A DNA stretch of 64,000 nt. Origin: an uncultured virus (IMG/VR IMGVR_UViG_3300021960_000052) (taxonomy: Duplodnaviria; Heunggongvirae; Uroviricota; Caudoviricetes). Of this stretch, positions 48,393-58,623 are shown in pieces. Both the position numbers and the translations under genes were made by a program. A model generated the notes under the pieces. That model had not been told where the DNA came from, did no database searches, and saw nothing but the letters and a program-made list of their open reading frames with translations. Position 1 is the first letter of the stretch. Every line of letters begins with the position of its first letter. The stretch lies in the IMG/VR virus record IMGVR_UViG_3300021960_000052; one strand, written 5' to 3'.

Positions 48393-49161
48393 AGGATACT
48401 TAATACCAGCACAAGGTCAGCAGTATCATCAGTGTGCTAGAGCTTTGGCAAAAAGTATCAAGTACTTTATGCCCGAAGCCAAAGTTGCTACTGTTGGTGA
48501 CTGCGAAGATCCTATATTTGATCAGTGTATTGAGTTTAAAGATCCTGAACCAGGTATGCGGAATGATTGGCAAATATATAGATTGTCACCATTCCACGAA
48601 ACAATACGTTTAGAAGCAGATATGATTTTAAACGGAAGTATAGAACATTGGTGGACAGAATTTGAAAAGCGTGACGTTGTAGTAGCAACAGGTACTAAAG
48701 ATTTTTATGGAAATAAAACACAGGTAAGAAAGTATAGACGTCATTTAGATCAAAACTACTTACCTGATGTTTATAATGCTGTAACGTATTGGCGTAAAAG
48801 TAAACTAGCTCTAGACTTTAGTCGCACAGTTAAAATGCTGTTTGATTCTTGGGGCGAAGTTAAACGTGGACTTGTTGGTTGGGATAATACAGAACCAGAC
48901 ACAGATACAGTATATGCTATTGCAGTTAGAATGATGGGAGAAGAACAATTTACACTACCAACAGCACCTAAGTTTGTGCATATGAAAGGTGGTATAAACT
49001 ATTGTTGCGGAGAAGATTGGACTAGAGAACTTGTTTGGGAGTTAACAGAACAAGGACTTAGAATTAATACTATACAACAAACTAACCCTACTCACTATTA
49101 CATTAAAAGTTTTAGTGCAGTATTAGAGGAACACTATGACAAACTTTTGGCAAGCAAGTAA
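48385..49161 (+). CDS. GT-A fold glycosyltransferase-like protein (paralog)
   Basis: SPFHETIRLEADM (ExD variant), LPDVYNA..YW.K, TD..YAIA and FVHMK. Confidence 0.6.
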   Translation: MDRGYLIPAQGQQYHQCARALAKSIKYFMPEAKVATVGDCEDPIFDQCIEFKDPEPGMRNDWQIYRLSPFHETIRLEADMILNGSIEHWWTEFEKRDVVVATGTKDFYGNKTQVRKYRRHLDQNYLPDVYNAVTYWRKSKLALDFSRTVKMLFDSWGEVKRGLVGWDNTEPDTDTVYAIAVRMMGEEQFTLPTAPKFVHMKGGINYCCGEDWTRELVWELTEQGLRINTIQQTNPTHYYIKSFSAVLEEHYDKLLASK

Positions 49162-49459
49162 ACAACATAAAAAAATTGTTAGAATAGAATCTGAAAATAG
49201 ATTATATTACGATGATGCCGGGCAACCTACTACATATTCACAAGAAGACTTACCTGGTAATTATGTTGTGGTTGATCAACAAACATTTAATGAATGTAGA
49301 ATGGATGTTAGAGTAGTAGATGGCAAAGTTACAAGACCACACATGATTACAGAGTTTCGTAAACTAGTACCTGCAGACGAAGGTACTGAAACACTAGTAG
49401 AAGATATTACAATAGTAGGACACGGACAGCACTGGAAAACAAAATACTATGCAGATTGA
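49136..49459 (+). CDS. Hypothetical protein
   Basis: 107-aa ORF overlapping both neighbours in operon fashion. Confidence 0.7.
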   Translation: MTNFWQASKQHKKIVRIESENRLYYDDAGQPTTYSQEDLPGNYVVVDQQTFNECRMDVRVVDGKVTRPHMITEFRKLVPADEGTETLVEDITIVGHGQHWKTKYYAD

Positions 49460-50342
49460 TGTAGCAGATTTAGATGTAGTTTACCTTAGTTACGATGAAC
49501 CTCAAAAAGAAGAGTTCTGGGTAAAAATTAAAAACATGGTGCCTTGGGCTACTCGTGTTGACGGTGTTAAAGGAAGTGATGCCGCACACAAAGCCGCGGC
49601 TGATGCTAGTACTACAGATAGATTTATTTTAATAGATGGCGACAACATGCCAGACCCAAACTTCTTTAATCTAACATTTGACTTAACAGATGAACAATAT
49701 GAACAGGCAGTGTTTAGATGGAGAGCTCGTAATCATATCAATGGATTAATGTATGGTAACGGTGGGCTTAGTTCATGGACTCGAGACTTTGTTTATAATA
49801 TGAGAACACATGAAAACAGTCAAGGGGATGCTGAAACTAATGTAGAGTTTTGCTTTGATCCCTTATACTGGCCCATGCACGATTGTTATTCAACTACATA
49901 TCCTAATGCTACTCCTTTTCAAGCCTGGCGTGCTGGTTTTAGAGAAGGTGTTAAGATGTGTTTAGACAGAGGGCGTAAGCCAACTATAGAAGAATTTAAA
50001 ACAGCAGTACATCATCGTAACTTAGATAACTTACAGATATGGCACAACGTAGGTCGAGATGTTGAAAATGGTATATGGGCTATAGCAGGCGCTAGACAAG
50101 GCACTGTTATGACTATGTTAAGTGACTGGGATCACACGCAAGTGCAATGGTTTGATCATTTAGAAAAGTTATGGAGTGAAATGCAGTCAGACGATCCTGA
50201 GGATACAGCACAGGAAATTGCCAATGACCTACATAGATTAGATATAGATGTGGTGGAATTAGATCAAGAACAAAGTAAATTTTTTAAACGTCATTATAGA
50301 TCAAACTGGCGTAATCAAGGACCAATGGTAAGAGAACAGTGA
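49449..50342 (+). CDS. Glycosyltransferase-like protein (GT-A, DGD motif)
   Basis: DVVYLSYDEP, RVDGVKGSDAAHKAAA, FILIDGDN, NGL.YGNGG and AWRAGFREGVK. Confidence 0.65.
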   Translation: MQIDVADLDVVYLSYDEPQKEEFWVKIKNMVPWATRVDGVKGSDAAHKAAADASTTDRFILIDGDNMPDPNFFNLTFDLTDEQYEQAVFRWRARNHINGLMYGNGGLSSWTRDFVYNMRTHENSQGDAETNVEFCFDPLYWPMHDCYSTTYPNATPFQAWRAGFREGVKMCLDRGRKPTIEEFKTAVHHRNLDNLQIWHNVGRDVENGIWAIAGARQGTVMTMLSDWDHTQVQWFDHLEKLWSEMQSDDPEDTAQEIANDLHRLDIDVVELDQEQSKFFKRHYRSNWRNQGPMVREQ

Positions 50343-51769
50343 GTAAACAAAACAAAGGTGATGAAGTAAACAAAGACTTTAAGTCTAAGTTCTTAAGTGA
50401 CGCAGAAGGCATGAAGGAACAACTAGACACAGTAAGTCCTAGCATGTGTTTGGCTAAATGGAAACAGGTTAGCCTACATCTAACTACTGGCATGACTAAC
50501 TCATGCTACCACCCACCATTACATGATATACCTGTAGAGCCATTGACATTCCATCCTAGTGCTTTACATAATACAGCACACAAAAAACAACAGCGTAAAC
50601 TAATGCTTGAAGGCAAACGCCCAGACGAATGTAGTTACTGTTGGACTATAGAAGACGAAGGTAAACTAAGTGATAGACACTATCGTTCAGGCGAACCATG
50701 GGCCGCAGAAAGTTTTAAAGAAATAGTAGATGCACCATGGGACCAGGACATTACACCAAGTTATGTAGAAGTTAATTTTAATCACAACTGTAACCTAAGA
50801 TGTAGTTATTGTAGTCCACAATACTCTACTGCTTGGGAAAAAGAAAGTGAAGAGTTTGGTAGTTGGCCTACATCCACTCCCCATAATGATCCTGCTTACT
50901 TCAAAGGGAGACGTAGGCCAATTCCATTTAGAGAACACAATCCATACTTAGAAGCATTTTGGAAATGGTGGCCAGACTTATATCCAGAGCTAAAGCATTT
51001 CCGTATGACAGGTGGCGAACCTTTAATGGATAAGAATACTTACAGAGTTTTTGATCATGTGTTAGCAAATCCTAAACCAGACTTACATTTAAACGTAACA
51101 AGTAACTTTAGTGTAGATGAAAAACTATGGCAAAAGTATTTAGGTTATGTTAAGCAGATATGTCAAGATGATAACGTAGAACATTTTATGCAGTATGTAA
51201 GTATAGATGCTTTTGCTGAACGTGCTGAGTATATTCGTGATGGTCTAGACTATGAATTAATGTGGGATAGGGTAAATCAGTTTTTAACAGAAGTGCCTGA
51301 ACGTTCAAGCATTACGTTTATTATTACAATGACTAATTTAAATGTAACAAGTGTAGGTAACTTATTAGCAGGTATTAACGGACTAAGACAAATATATTCA
51401 AATGATTATCAACGTGTATGGTTTGATACTCCACTGCTACGTACTCCTGAATGGATGCGTATGGACTTACTACCCGAAAGTTATGCTGACGAAATGGAAC
51501 TGTTATGGGCTTGGATGTTTAAGTGGAGAGAAACAGAAGAGAATAGATTTAAAGGATTTAAAGACTACGAATTACAAAGATGGGATAGGGATATTGCCTG
51601 GATGCGATCAGGTCAAAAACACGATGCTAAATACCTCGCAAAACAAAAAGCAGATTTTTATAGATACTTTAGTGAACACGATAAAAGGAGAGGCACTGAC
51701 TTCTTAAAGACATTCCCAGAAATGTCTGCCTGGTGGAAGGAGTGTGAACAACATGCCAAAAAAGCATAA
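50339..51769 (+). CDS. Radical SAM protein with N-terminal twitch-like domain
   Basis: MCLAKW..SCYH..CSYCW, then CNLRCSYC, TGGEP and TSN. Confidence 0.92.
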   Translation: MSKQNKGDEVNKDFKSKFLSDAEGMKEQLDTVSPSMCLAKWKQVSLHLTTGMTNSCYHPPLHDIPVEPLTFHPSALHNTAHKKQQRKLMLEGKRPDECSYCWTIEDEGKLSDRHYRSGEPWAAESFKEIVDAPWDQDITPSYVEVNFNHNCNLRCSYCSPQYSTAWEKESEEFGSWPTSTPHNDPAYFKGRRRPIPFREHNPYLEAFWKWWPDLYPELKHFRMTGGEPLMDKNTYRVFDHVLANPKPDLHLNVTSNFSVDEKLWQKYLGYVKQICQDDNVEHFMQYVSIDAFAERAEYIRDGLDYELMWDRVNQFLTEVPERSSITFIITMTNLNVTSVGNLLAGINGLRQIYSNDYQRVWFDTPLLRTPEWMRMDLLPESYADEMELLWAWMFKWRETEENRFKGFKDYELQRWDRDIAWMRSGQKHDAKYLAKQKADFYRYFSEHDKRRGTDFLKTFPEMSAWWKECEQHAKKA

Positions 51770-53099
51770 CGAAACAGATCAAGAATATAAACGCAGAGTC
51801 ATTGACATTAAGAGTGAAAGTTTCTGCGGTGCTAAATGGTACAATGCTACTATATGGCTTGGTTCAGGACAAACTACTAGTTGTCACCATCCTTTACCAC
51901 ATCAAATTGATATACATGCTGTAGAGGATAATCCTAAACTGATACATAATACACCTGAAAAGAAAGAACAACGTAGACAGATGCAGGTAGGTGAGAGACC
52001 AGCAGGCTGTGAATACTGTTGGAAGATTGAGGACATGGGCACTGATAAGATATCAGACCGTGTTGATAAAACTAGAATATACACAGACGAGGAATTAGAT
52101 GAAGCCTACAATACCCCTTACACACAAGATGTTAACCTTAGAACTTTGGAAATTGCATTTGATCGCACTTGTCAGTTGGCCTGTAGTTATTGTAATCCTG
52201 CTTTTAGCTCTACATGGGTTAAAGACATACGTAATAATGGACCCTACAATAACTTGGTCAGTGACGGCCGTAACCATTTTACTCATAGGCATGATAGTAG
52301 TCAACTGTTTACTATCCATGATCGCAATCCTTATGTTGAAGCCTTCTTCAAATGGTGGGAGTCAGACCTACACAAAACACTAACCGAATTACGTATAACT
52401 GGTGGCGAGCCACTAATGTCAGGATACACTTGGCAGTTGTTTGATTGGTTTAAGGCTAACCGAGGCAAGAGTAAGACACGTATAGCAGTTAACTCAAACC
52501 TAGCATTTGATAGAGACAAGATAGATAGACTGCTAGAAGCCGCAAAAGATGTTGAACTAGACTTGTATACAAGTTGTGAAGCAACATTTGAACGAGCAGA
52601 ATATATTCGTGATGGATTAGATTATAACCAATGGTTATCCAATGTTGAATATTTGTTAGAAAGTAAAAAACTTAGAGGCCTACACGTGATGTGTACCATC
52701 AATAGTTTATGTTTAATCAGTTTGCCTAACTTCTTAAAACATATTATATATCTAAAGAAAAAGTATGGGCAAGATGCAATTAACTTTACCTTGAACATCC
52801 TACGCTTTCCTAGTTTCCAAAGCCCATTGGTATTACCCAAAGAGTTTAGACAGGCACAGGCCAATAGGCTAGGTATTGTTTTACACAACTATGACGATCA
52901 ATTACACGAGTTTGAACGTAATCACATAGAACGATTAATAGATTATTTAGAACTGGTAGACAAACCACACGCAGATGCTTTTGAAGAAACAAAACTACTT
53001 AGTGACTTTAAAAACTTTTACAAACAATATGACGAACGTAGAGGCAAGAACTTTACAGCAACGTTTCCAGAATTAGAGAGTTGGTATAATGGCTTATAA
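51753..53099 (+). CDS. Radical SAM protein with N-terminal twitch-like domain
   Basis: FCGAKW..SCHH..CEYCW, then CQLACSYC and TGGEP; ATG 51753 preferred over GTG 51744. Confidence 0.92.
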   Translation: MPKKHNETDQEYKRRVIDIKSESFCGAKWYNATIWLGSGQTTSCHHPLPHQIDIHAVEDNPKLIHNTPEKKEQRRQMQVGERPAGCEYCWKIEDMGTDKISDRVDKTRIYTDEELDEAYNTPYTQDVNLRTLEIAFDRTCQLACSYCNPAFSSTWVKDIRNNGPYNNLVSDGRNHFTHRHDSSQLFTIHDRNPYVEAFFKWWESDLHKTLTELRITGGEPLMSGYTWQLFDWFKANRGKSKTRIAVNSNLAFDRDKIDRLLEAAKDVELDLYTSCEATFERAEYIRDGLDYNQWLSNVEYLLESKKLRGLHVMCTINSLCLISLPNFLKHIIYLKKKYGQDAINFTLNILRFPSFQSPLVLPKEFRQAQANRLGIVLHNYDDQLHEFERNHIERLIDYLELVDKPHADAFEETKLLSDFKNFYKQYDERRGKNFTATFPELESWYNGL

Positions 53100-54735
53100 A
53101 ATACTTGATGAATTAGATATATCGTCTATTACAGATCAGAAAGAATTATTAACTTTACTAACAAAGTTTTTTCAAAAGAACCTTAAAGAGTCTTTTGATC
53201 ATGATGAAAAACTCAGAATAATAATAGGTGACTTTGATTTTTACAATGATCAAAACATTGGCTTTAAATTAGCCAGTGTACAGAATGTTGCTGATGAGGT
53301 AGATATATCTAGATGTTTTGTTGAAGTGTGTTCAACTAATCCAGAACTTAATAACGAAATTGTTACAATAGCCAAATCAGACAATAGTTATCAACAACTA
53401 TGTGGAAACATTATGGAAGGTAACTATAAACAAATTAGAGAAGATGTAAAAGAATATAGATACAGTTCGCAAATACCAACGAAGATCAACTTAGACGACT
53501 TAACAGAACAAGAAACATACCTATTAACTAAATCTAAAACATTTTGTATGTATCCTTGGATACATATGAACGCAAGTCCTGATGGTGAGGCTATGCCTTG
53601 TTGTTTATGGAACTATAATGTTAAGATGGGTAATACTAAAAATCAGACTATTAAAGAACTATGGAACAATGACAAATGGCGTGAACTAAGAAGAAACATG
53701 ATAAATGATGTTCCCCACAAAGGATGTTCAAGATGTTACAATGAAGAAAAATCTGGATTCTTTAGTAATAGGCAAAGTGCTAACAAACACCACGGCCATC
53801 ATATAGGTCGGGTAAGCAAAACAGAAGATGATGGAACTAGTAATGTATTTGAAATGACATATTGGGACATACGTTTTAGTAACTTATGTAATTTAAGTTG
53901 TCGTAGTTGCGGACATATTTTTAGTTCAAGTTGGTATCAAGATCAAGCTAAACTTGCTGGACCTACATGGGCTAAACATAATAAACCATTGTTCTGGGCA
54001 GGCCGACATAGAACAGATATGTTAGAACAGTTAATGGAACACATAGACTACGTAGAGCAAATATACTTTGCAGGCGGTGAACCGTTAATGATGGATGAAC
54101 ACTATGAGATATTAGAAGAACTAGAACGTCGCAAGAAGTTTAATGTAAGACTGGTCTACAACACAAACTTTACTAAAACAAAACTAAAAGATCGTTATGT
54201 GTTTGACTACTGGCGTAAGTTTGACAGTGTTAGTATTGGTGCTAGTTTAGATGCTATGGGTCCATACGCTGAGTATATAAGGAAAGGAACTGTTTGGGCA
54301 GAAGTAGAAGAAAACAGACGTAGAATGCAGGAGACTTGTCCTAATGTTGATTTTTATATAAGTCCTACACTGTCAATACAAAACGCTTGGCACTTACCAG
54401 ACTTTCATCGTAATTGGGTAGAACGTGGTTTTATTAAACCACAAGATCTTAATGTTAACCTACTGCAAGATCCAGACTATCTAAGAGTAGATATAGCACC
54501 ACCTGAGTTTAAAAAGAAACTGACAGAAAAATATGAAAAACACTTAGAATGGTTAATGCCACAAGATAGTTTACAGCGTGCCACTCAAGGTTTTAAAAGT
54601 GCTATCAACTTTATCAATGATCAAGATAATACTGATTTGATTCCTAAATTTTGGCAACGCATGGGTGAATTAGATAGTATTAGAAATGAAAATTTATTAG
54701 ATGTAATACCTGAATTAAATGAACTTACCAAATAA
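53089..54735 (+). CDS. Radical SAM protein with an N-terminal extension and twitch-like domain
   Basis: FCMYPW..PCC..CSRCY, then CNLSCRSC, FAGGEP and YNTN. Confidence 0.92.
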   Translation: MAYKILDELDISSITDQKELLTLLTKFFQKNLKESFDHDEKLRIIIGDFDFYNDQNIGFKLASVQNVADEVDISRCFVEVCSTNPELNNEIVTIAKSDNSYQQLCGNIMEGNYKQIREDVKEYRYSSQIPTKINLDDLTEQETYLLTKSKTFCMYPWIHMNASPDGEAMPCCLWNYNVKMGNTKNQTIKELWNNDKWRELRRNMINDVPHKGCSRCYNEEKSGFFSNRQSANKHHGHHIGRVSKTEDDGTSNVFEMTYWDIRFSNLCNLSCRSCGHIFSSSWYQDQAKLAGPTWAKHNKPLFWAGRHRTDMLEQLMEHIDYVEQIYFAGGEPLMMDEHYEILEELERRKKFNVRLVYNTNFTKTKLKDRYVFDYWRKFDSVSIGASLDAMGPYAEYIRKGTVWAEVEENRRRMQETCPNVDFYISPTLSIQNAWHLPDFHRNWVERGFIKPQDLNVNLLQDPDYLRVDIAPPEFKKKLTEKYEKHLEWLMPQDSLQRATQGFKSAINFINDQDNTDLIPKFWQRMGELDSIRNENLLDVIPELNELTK

Positions 54736-55930
54736 AACATTTTGTATCTTACCCTGGATTAGTATTGAAACTAGTCCTATAGGAACCTTACGTCCTTGCT
54801 GTCTGGCAGAAGATGAAATTGTAGATACAAACAATCGTAAGTTTCATATTAAAGAAGATAGTATAGACTCAGCACGAAACAGTGACTACATGAATGGCCT
54901 ACGTCAAGAGTTTTTAGATGGTAACAAACCAGAAACTTGTAAGAAGTGTTGGGCAGTTGAAGACTCAGGCGGTAAGTCAAAAAGACAATATACATTAGAT
55001 AGATTAGAAAACATGGGCATCTCTGATGAATGGACACAGGATGCTAAGCCATTAATGTTTATAGACTTTAAATTAGGTAATATTTGCAACTTAAAATGTC
55101 GTATATGTGGTAGTTGGAGTTCATCAAGTTATGCTACAGAAGAAGTACAAGAGTTTCCAAAGCACAGTCAAAAGACTAGTTTTCCTTATAAAATGATTGA
55201 ACAAGGTCGTTGGCCTAGAGAAGCAGATAACTTCTGGGAAGAAATGTCAGCGAATGTAGACAACATACGTTATCTAGAGTTTACCGGTGGTGAACCTTTT
55301 ATGATACAGGAACACTTTGACTTTTTACAAACACTAGTAGACAAAGGTGTTGCTAAGAATATTGAAATACATTATAACACTAACGGCACACAGTATCCAG
55401 AAAAGAACCTAGCAGTATGGCGAGAGTTTAAATTAGTTGAAGTAGCATTTAGTATTGATGATGTTAAGGAACGTTTTGAATATCAACGCAAGAACGCCAA
55501 GTGGGATGAAGTAAACGCTAACATACAAAAGTTTAAAAAGTTAAAACAAGAGTTTGGTAACATAACTCTACAGTGCTGTTCAACAGTGAATGTGTTTAAT
55601 CTATTTTATCTTGAAGAGCTTAGTCGTTGGATTGATGAGCAGAACTTTGATTTTGTCTACTGGAATATGTTACATGAGATATGGTATAACTCAATAGCAA
55701 GTCTACATCCTGCTGTAAAACTAAAAGCAGAAGCACGACTAACACTAGTATCTAGACATAACAAACACAAAAAAGATTTTGAGAACGTTATACAGTTTAT
55801 GGCTAATTCAAAAGGCTGGTCAAGTCAGGAATTATTAAACAGTATTCGTAAACACGATATATTGCGTAACGAAAACTTATGGGATCACCATCCGGAACTG
55901 GCAGAAGCAATAAGATATGAAAGAACCTAA
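54719..55930 (+). CDS. Radical SAM protein with N-terminal twitch-like domain
   Basis: FCILPW..PCC..CKKCW, then CNLKCRIC, FTGGEP and YNTNGT. Confidence 0.92.
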   Translation: MNLPNKTFCILPWISIETSPIGTLRPCCLAEDEIVDTNNRKFHIKEDSIDSARNSDYMNGLRQEFLDGNKPETCKKCWAVEDSGGKSKRQYTLDRLENMGISDEWTQDAKPLMFIDFKLGNICNLKCRICGSWSSSSYATEEVQEFPKHSQKTSFPYKMIEQGRWPREADNFWEEMSANVDNIRYLEFTGGEPFMIQEHFDFLQTLVDKGVAKNIEIHYNTNGTQYPEKNLAVWREFKLVEVAFSIDDVKERFEYQRKNAKWDEVNANIQKFKKLKQEFGNITLQCCSTVNVFNLFYLEELSRWIDEQNFDFVYWNMLHEIWYNSIASLHPAVKLKAEARLTLVSRHNKHKKDFENVIQFMANSKGWSSQELLNSIRKHDILRNENLWDHHPELAEAIRYERT

Positions 55931-57227
55931 AAACAGACCAGAAACATTATGTATGGCTCCTTGGACTCATACTTATCTATCACCACAAACTGAAAGACGT
56001 ATGTGCTGTGCCTCACGAGAAGATGCACAATCGTTTGAACAGTACATAGATACCAAGGCAGGCACAGGTGTGTATAAACCTATTACGTTACACGAGCACT
56101 GGAACGGCGACCATATGAAATCAGTGCGTCGGCGTATGATGGCCGGAGAAACACTGCCTGAATGTGACGTATGTAATAGTAAGTTATTAAACACTGATGT
56201 TTACCGTAGTTATTTTGATCACTTATTCACCAATAAATATTATGCAAAGATATGGGAGTCCACAGACGAGACAGGTTATACAACCATGCAACCTGTAAGT
56301 TGGGACTACCGTTTCAGTAATCTTTGCAACTTTAAGTGCCGCACCTGCGGTGATATGTTGTCAAGTGCCTGGGAAAGTGAACAGCGACAGCATAATATGA
56401 TTAATTGGCATAATCCAAAGAACAATTGGATGAAACCTGAGATCAAAAAAGATATCGAGAAGTTTCAAGATACCCAAATTGAGCAAGAGTTTGCTCAAGC
56501 AGTAGAAGAACATAGAATAGAAGAAGTCTACTGGGTGGGTGGTGAACCTTTAATGTATGAACAGCACTGGACATACATGAATCGCATTATCCAACTTGGG
56601 GATGGACAAAATGTCTATGCAAGATACAACACTAACCTCAGCCGCATTGCTTGGCGCGGCATTAGGCTCTTCGATGATATTCTACCTAATCTACGTGATT
56701 GGCAGATCTGTGCGTCAATTGATGGAACAAAAGAGATTGGAGAATACATTAGAACAGGTCTCAAATATGATCAATGGGTTGAAAATTATGATCAAGCAGT
56801 TGCGACAGCAAATAAGAGCCGCCAGGTTCGTGTCGATTTTACTGCGACGTTACCTGGGCTCTTCGAAGTCAAAAACATCCAAGACTTCGCAGAAAGCAAA
56901 GGGACAGAAGTCCTCGCAAAAGTAATTTTCAGTTTTACACCGGACATTATTCTAAGTCCACTTGCACTTCCAAAAGAATTATTACACCCTTGGGTAGATG
57001 AAATTGTAAATACTCTGCCCAATGGTGCTATGCGAGATGTTATGTTACAACTCAAAAACAGACCAACATTTGCCGAACAATGGCCCAACGAATATGAACA
57101 GGGGCTAATTAGAGGTAAGCAAAGAATACTAAAATTAGAACAAATAAGAGAAGATAAACTTACACTGCGTGATATATTAAGTAATAGACAAGCAGTATTA
57201 GAATGGTGGGACTCAATTGGAAGTTAA
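55917..57227 (+). CDS. Radical SAM protein with N-terminal twitch-like domain
   Basis: LCMAPW..MCC..CDVC, then CNFKCRTC, WVGGEP, YNTN and SIDG. Confidence 0.92.
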   Translation: MKEPKNRPETLCMAPWTHTYLSPQTERRMCCASREDAQSFEQYIDTKAGTGVYKPITLHEHWNGDHMKSVRRRMMAGETLPECDVCNSKLLNTDVYRSYFDHLFTNKYYAKIWESTDETGYTTMQPVSWDYRFSNLCNFKCRTCGDMLSSAWESEQRQHNMINWHNPKNNWMKPEIKKDIEKFQDTQIEQEFAQAVEEHRIEEVYWVGGEPLMYEQHWTYMNRIIQLGDGQNVYARYNTNLSRIAWRGIRLFDDILPNLRDWQICASIDGTKEIGEYIRTGLKYDQWVENYDQAVATANKSRQVRVDFTATLPGLFEVKNIQDFAESKGTEVLAKVIFSFTPDIILSPLALPKELLHPWVDEIVNTLPNGAMRDVMLQLKNRPTFAEQWPNEYEQGLIRGKQRILKLEQIREDKLTLRDILSNRQAVLEWWDSIGS

Positions 57228-58359
57228 AGTTACATTAAGAAATCCATTGGATAAAACAGATACATTAGATTATTATATAGTTCCTAATGACACACAGTTA
57301 GCTCAGGATTGGATAACAAGTTTAGAAAAGATTGTTGAGCAAAATCTACATTTAGAAAAAAACTATTGCTTTTTAGGATTTCCTTACAGCCCAAGAACCA
57401 TTGAATTTTTATGTGAGCAACTTAACAAATATGTTGAAGTAATTAATCAATTTAATTTTACTGACGTATGGGAAAATGCCGGATTAGGTAGGTATGTTAT
57501 ATTTGATCACTACTGTATTGATCATGTTAGATGGCCTGCTCAATATGGAGTAAAGCCTGGAGTTAGAGATAAAAAAGAACAAGCAAGATTCTATGTAGGA
57601 TTAAATCCAAAAGATAAAGTAATGAATGAGTTACATAATCACTTTGAAGTTCTTCAAGGCACAGTAGAACATCCTAGTAAGTATTATGAGTTAGCAGACG
57701 ATAATACAAAATATGCTATTAGACAATTAAACAATTTGTGTCATGAACTTGAAAATAAAATTTTGTCTGACAGAAAATTAATTACTAATCCTGAATGGGT
57801 TAGACCCAGTCAAATAACAACGTTCTTTAATGTTGAACGTAAACATTTAACAGACGAGCATAGACAAGGCTTTTTAACTAACGGTTTTGATCGTAAGTTT
57901 GGTCATGTGTATATGCACTGGTCACAGATAGGTAAAACATTAATGGAAGTGTGGAGAGATGAGGAAGCACCAGACTTAACAGAAACTGTATGTGAAGCAA
58001 TTACACATCTTGAATACTATTCGGGAGAGTTTGATATAGAGTGGGCAGGAGATGTAGTTAATGATAATTCGTGTCCATGGTTTCAAGAAGAACTAGTAAG
58101 ATTTGAAAACTGGTTATTAAAGCACGGACTTGATCCTCGAGACCCTAAACTAAGTTTAGGTTATTTGCCAATTGCACACGTTGATTTAGAACGTAGTTTT
58201 GGCACAACCAATATGCAAGATATCTGGAAACAGTTAGGTGATTATTTAGATATATACGCTATAGAAGTTAATGGTAAACGTGCTGTTTATGATTATTGTT
58301 GGTCAGACAGTGACTTTGAACAACAACAAAAAAAGAGGCTTGGATATGAAGTGGATTAA
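57217..58359 (+). CDS. Hypothetical protein with His/Glu motifs, possibly metal-binding
   Basis: 380 aa; NELHNHFE, LNNLCHELE and HWSQIGK. Confidence 0.75.
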   Translation: MEVKVTLRNPLDKTDTLDYYIVPNDTQLAQDWITSLEKIVEQNLHLEKNYCFLGFPYSPRTIEFLCEQLNKYVEVINQFNFTDVWENAGLGRYVIFDHYCIDHVRWPAQYGVKPGVRDKKEQARFYVGLNPKDKVMNELHNHFEVLQGTVEHPSKYYELADDNTKYAIRQLNNLCHELENKILSDRKLITNPEWVRPSQITTFFNVERKHLTDEHRQGFLTNGFDRKFGHVYMHWSQIGKTLMEVWRDEEAPDLTETVCEAITHLEYYSGEFDIEWAGDVVNDNSCPWFQEELVRFENWLLKHGLDPRDPKLSLGYLPIAHVDLERSFGTTNMQDIWKQLGDYLDIYAIEVNGKRAVYDYCWSDSDFEQQQKKRLGYEVD

Positions 58360-58447
58360 AAATTTAATAAACAAAATTAAATTAGAAATACGTTATCGTA
58401 AAAAACTAAAAGAACTAAGGAAGAAGGACCCTTTTATATACAAATGA
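58346..58447 (+). CDS. 33-aa basic peptide MKWIKNLINKIKLEIRYRKKLKELRKKDPFIYK (absent from the ORF track)
   Basis: GAGG upstream; overlaps the previous stop and is ATGA-coupled to the next ORF, filling the gap exactly. Confidence 0.7.
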   Translation: MKWIKNLINKIKLEIRYRKKLKELRKKDPFIYK

Positions 58448-58623
58448 GCGAAATAGAATCACCTTGTATTGGAGTGTGTAGTCAAAATCCACAGACAGGA
58501 CAATGTCATGGATGTTGCCGTACGCCTGAAGAAATTGAAAAATGGTGGGATTACACAGACACAGAAAAATTAGCATTACTTGAAGACTTAGAAAAGAGAC
58601 AGAATGACCTATTTGGGGATTAG
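58444..58623 (+). CDS. DUF1289 / YdhL-like small predicted Fe-S protein, 59 aa (absent from the ORF track)
   Basis: Translated by hand: MSEIESPCIGVCSQNPQTGQCHGCCRTPEEIEKWWDY..., matching the SPC.GVC...C.GC.RT..EI..W family signature. Confidence 0.85.
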   Translation: MSEIESPCIGVCSQNPQTGQCHGCCRTPEEIEKWWDYTDTEKLALLEDLEKRQNDLFGD

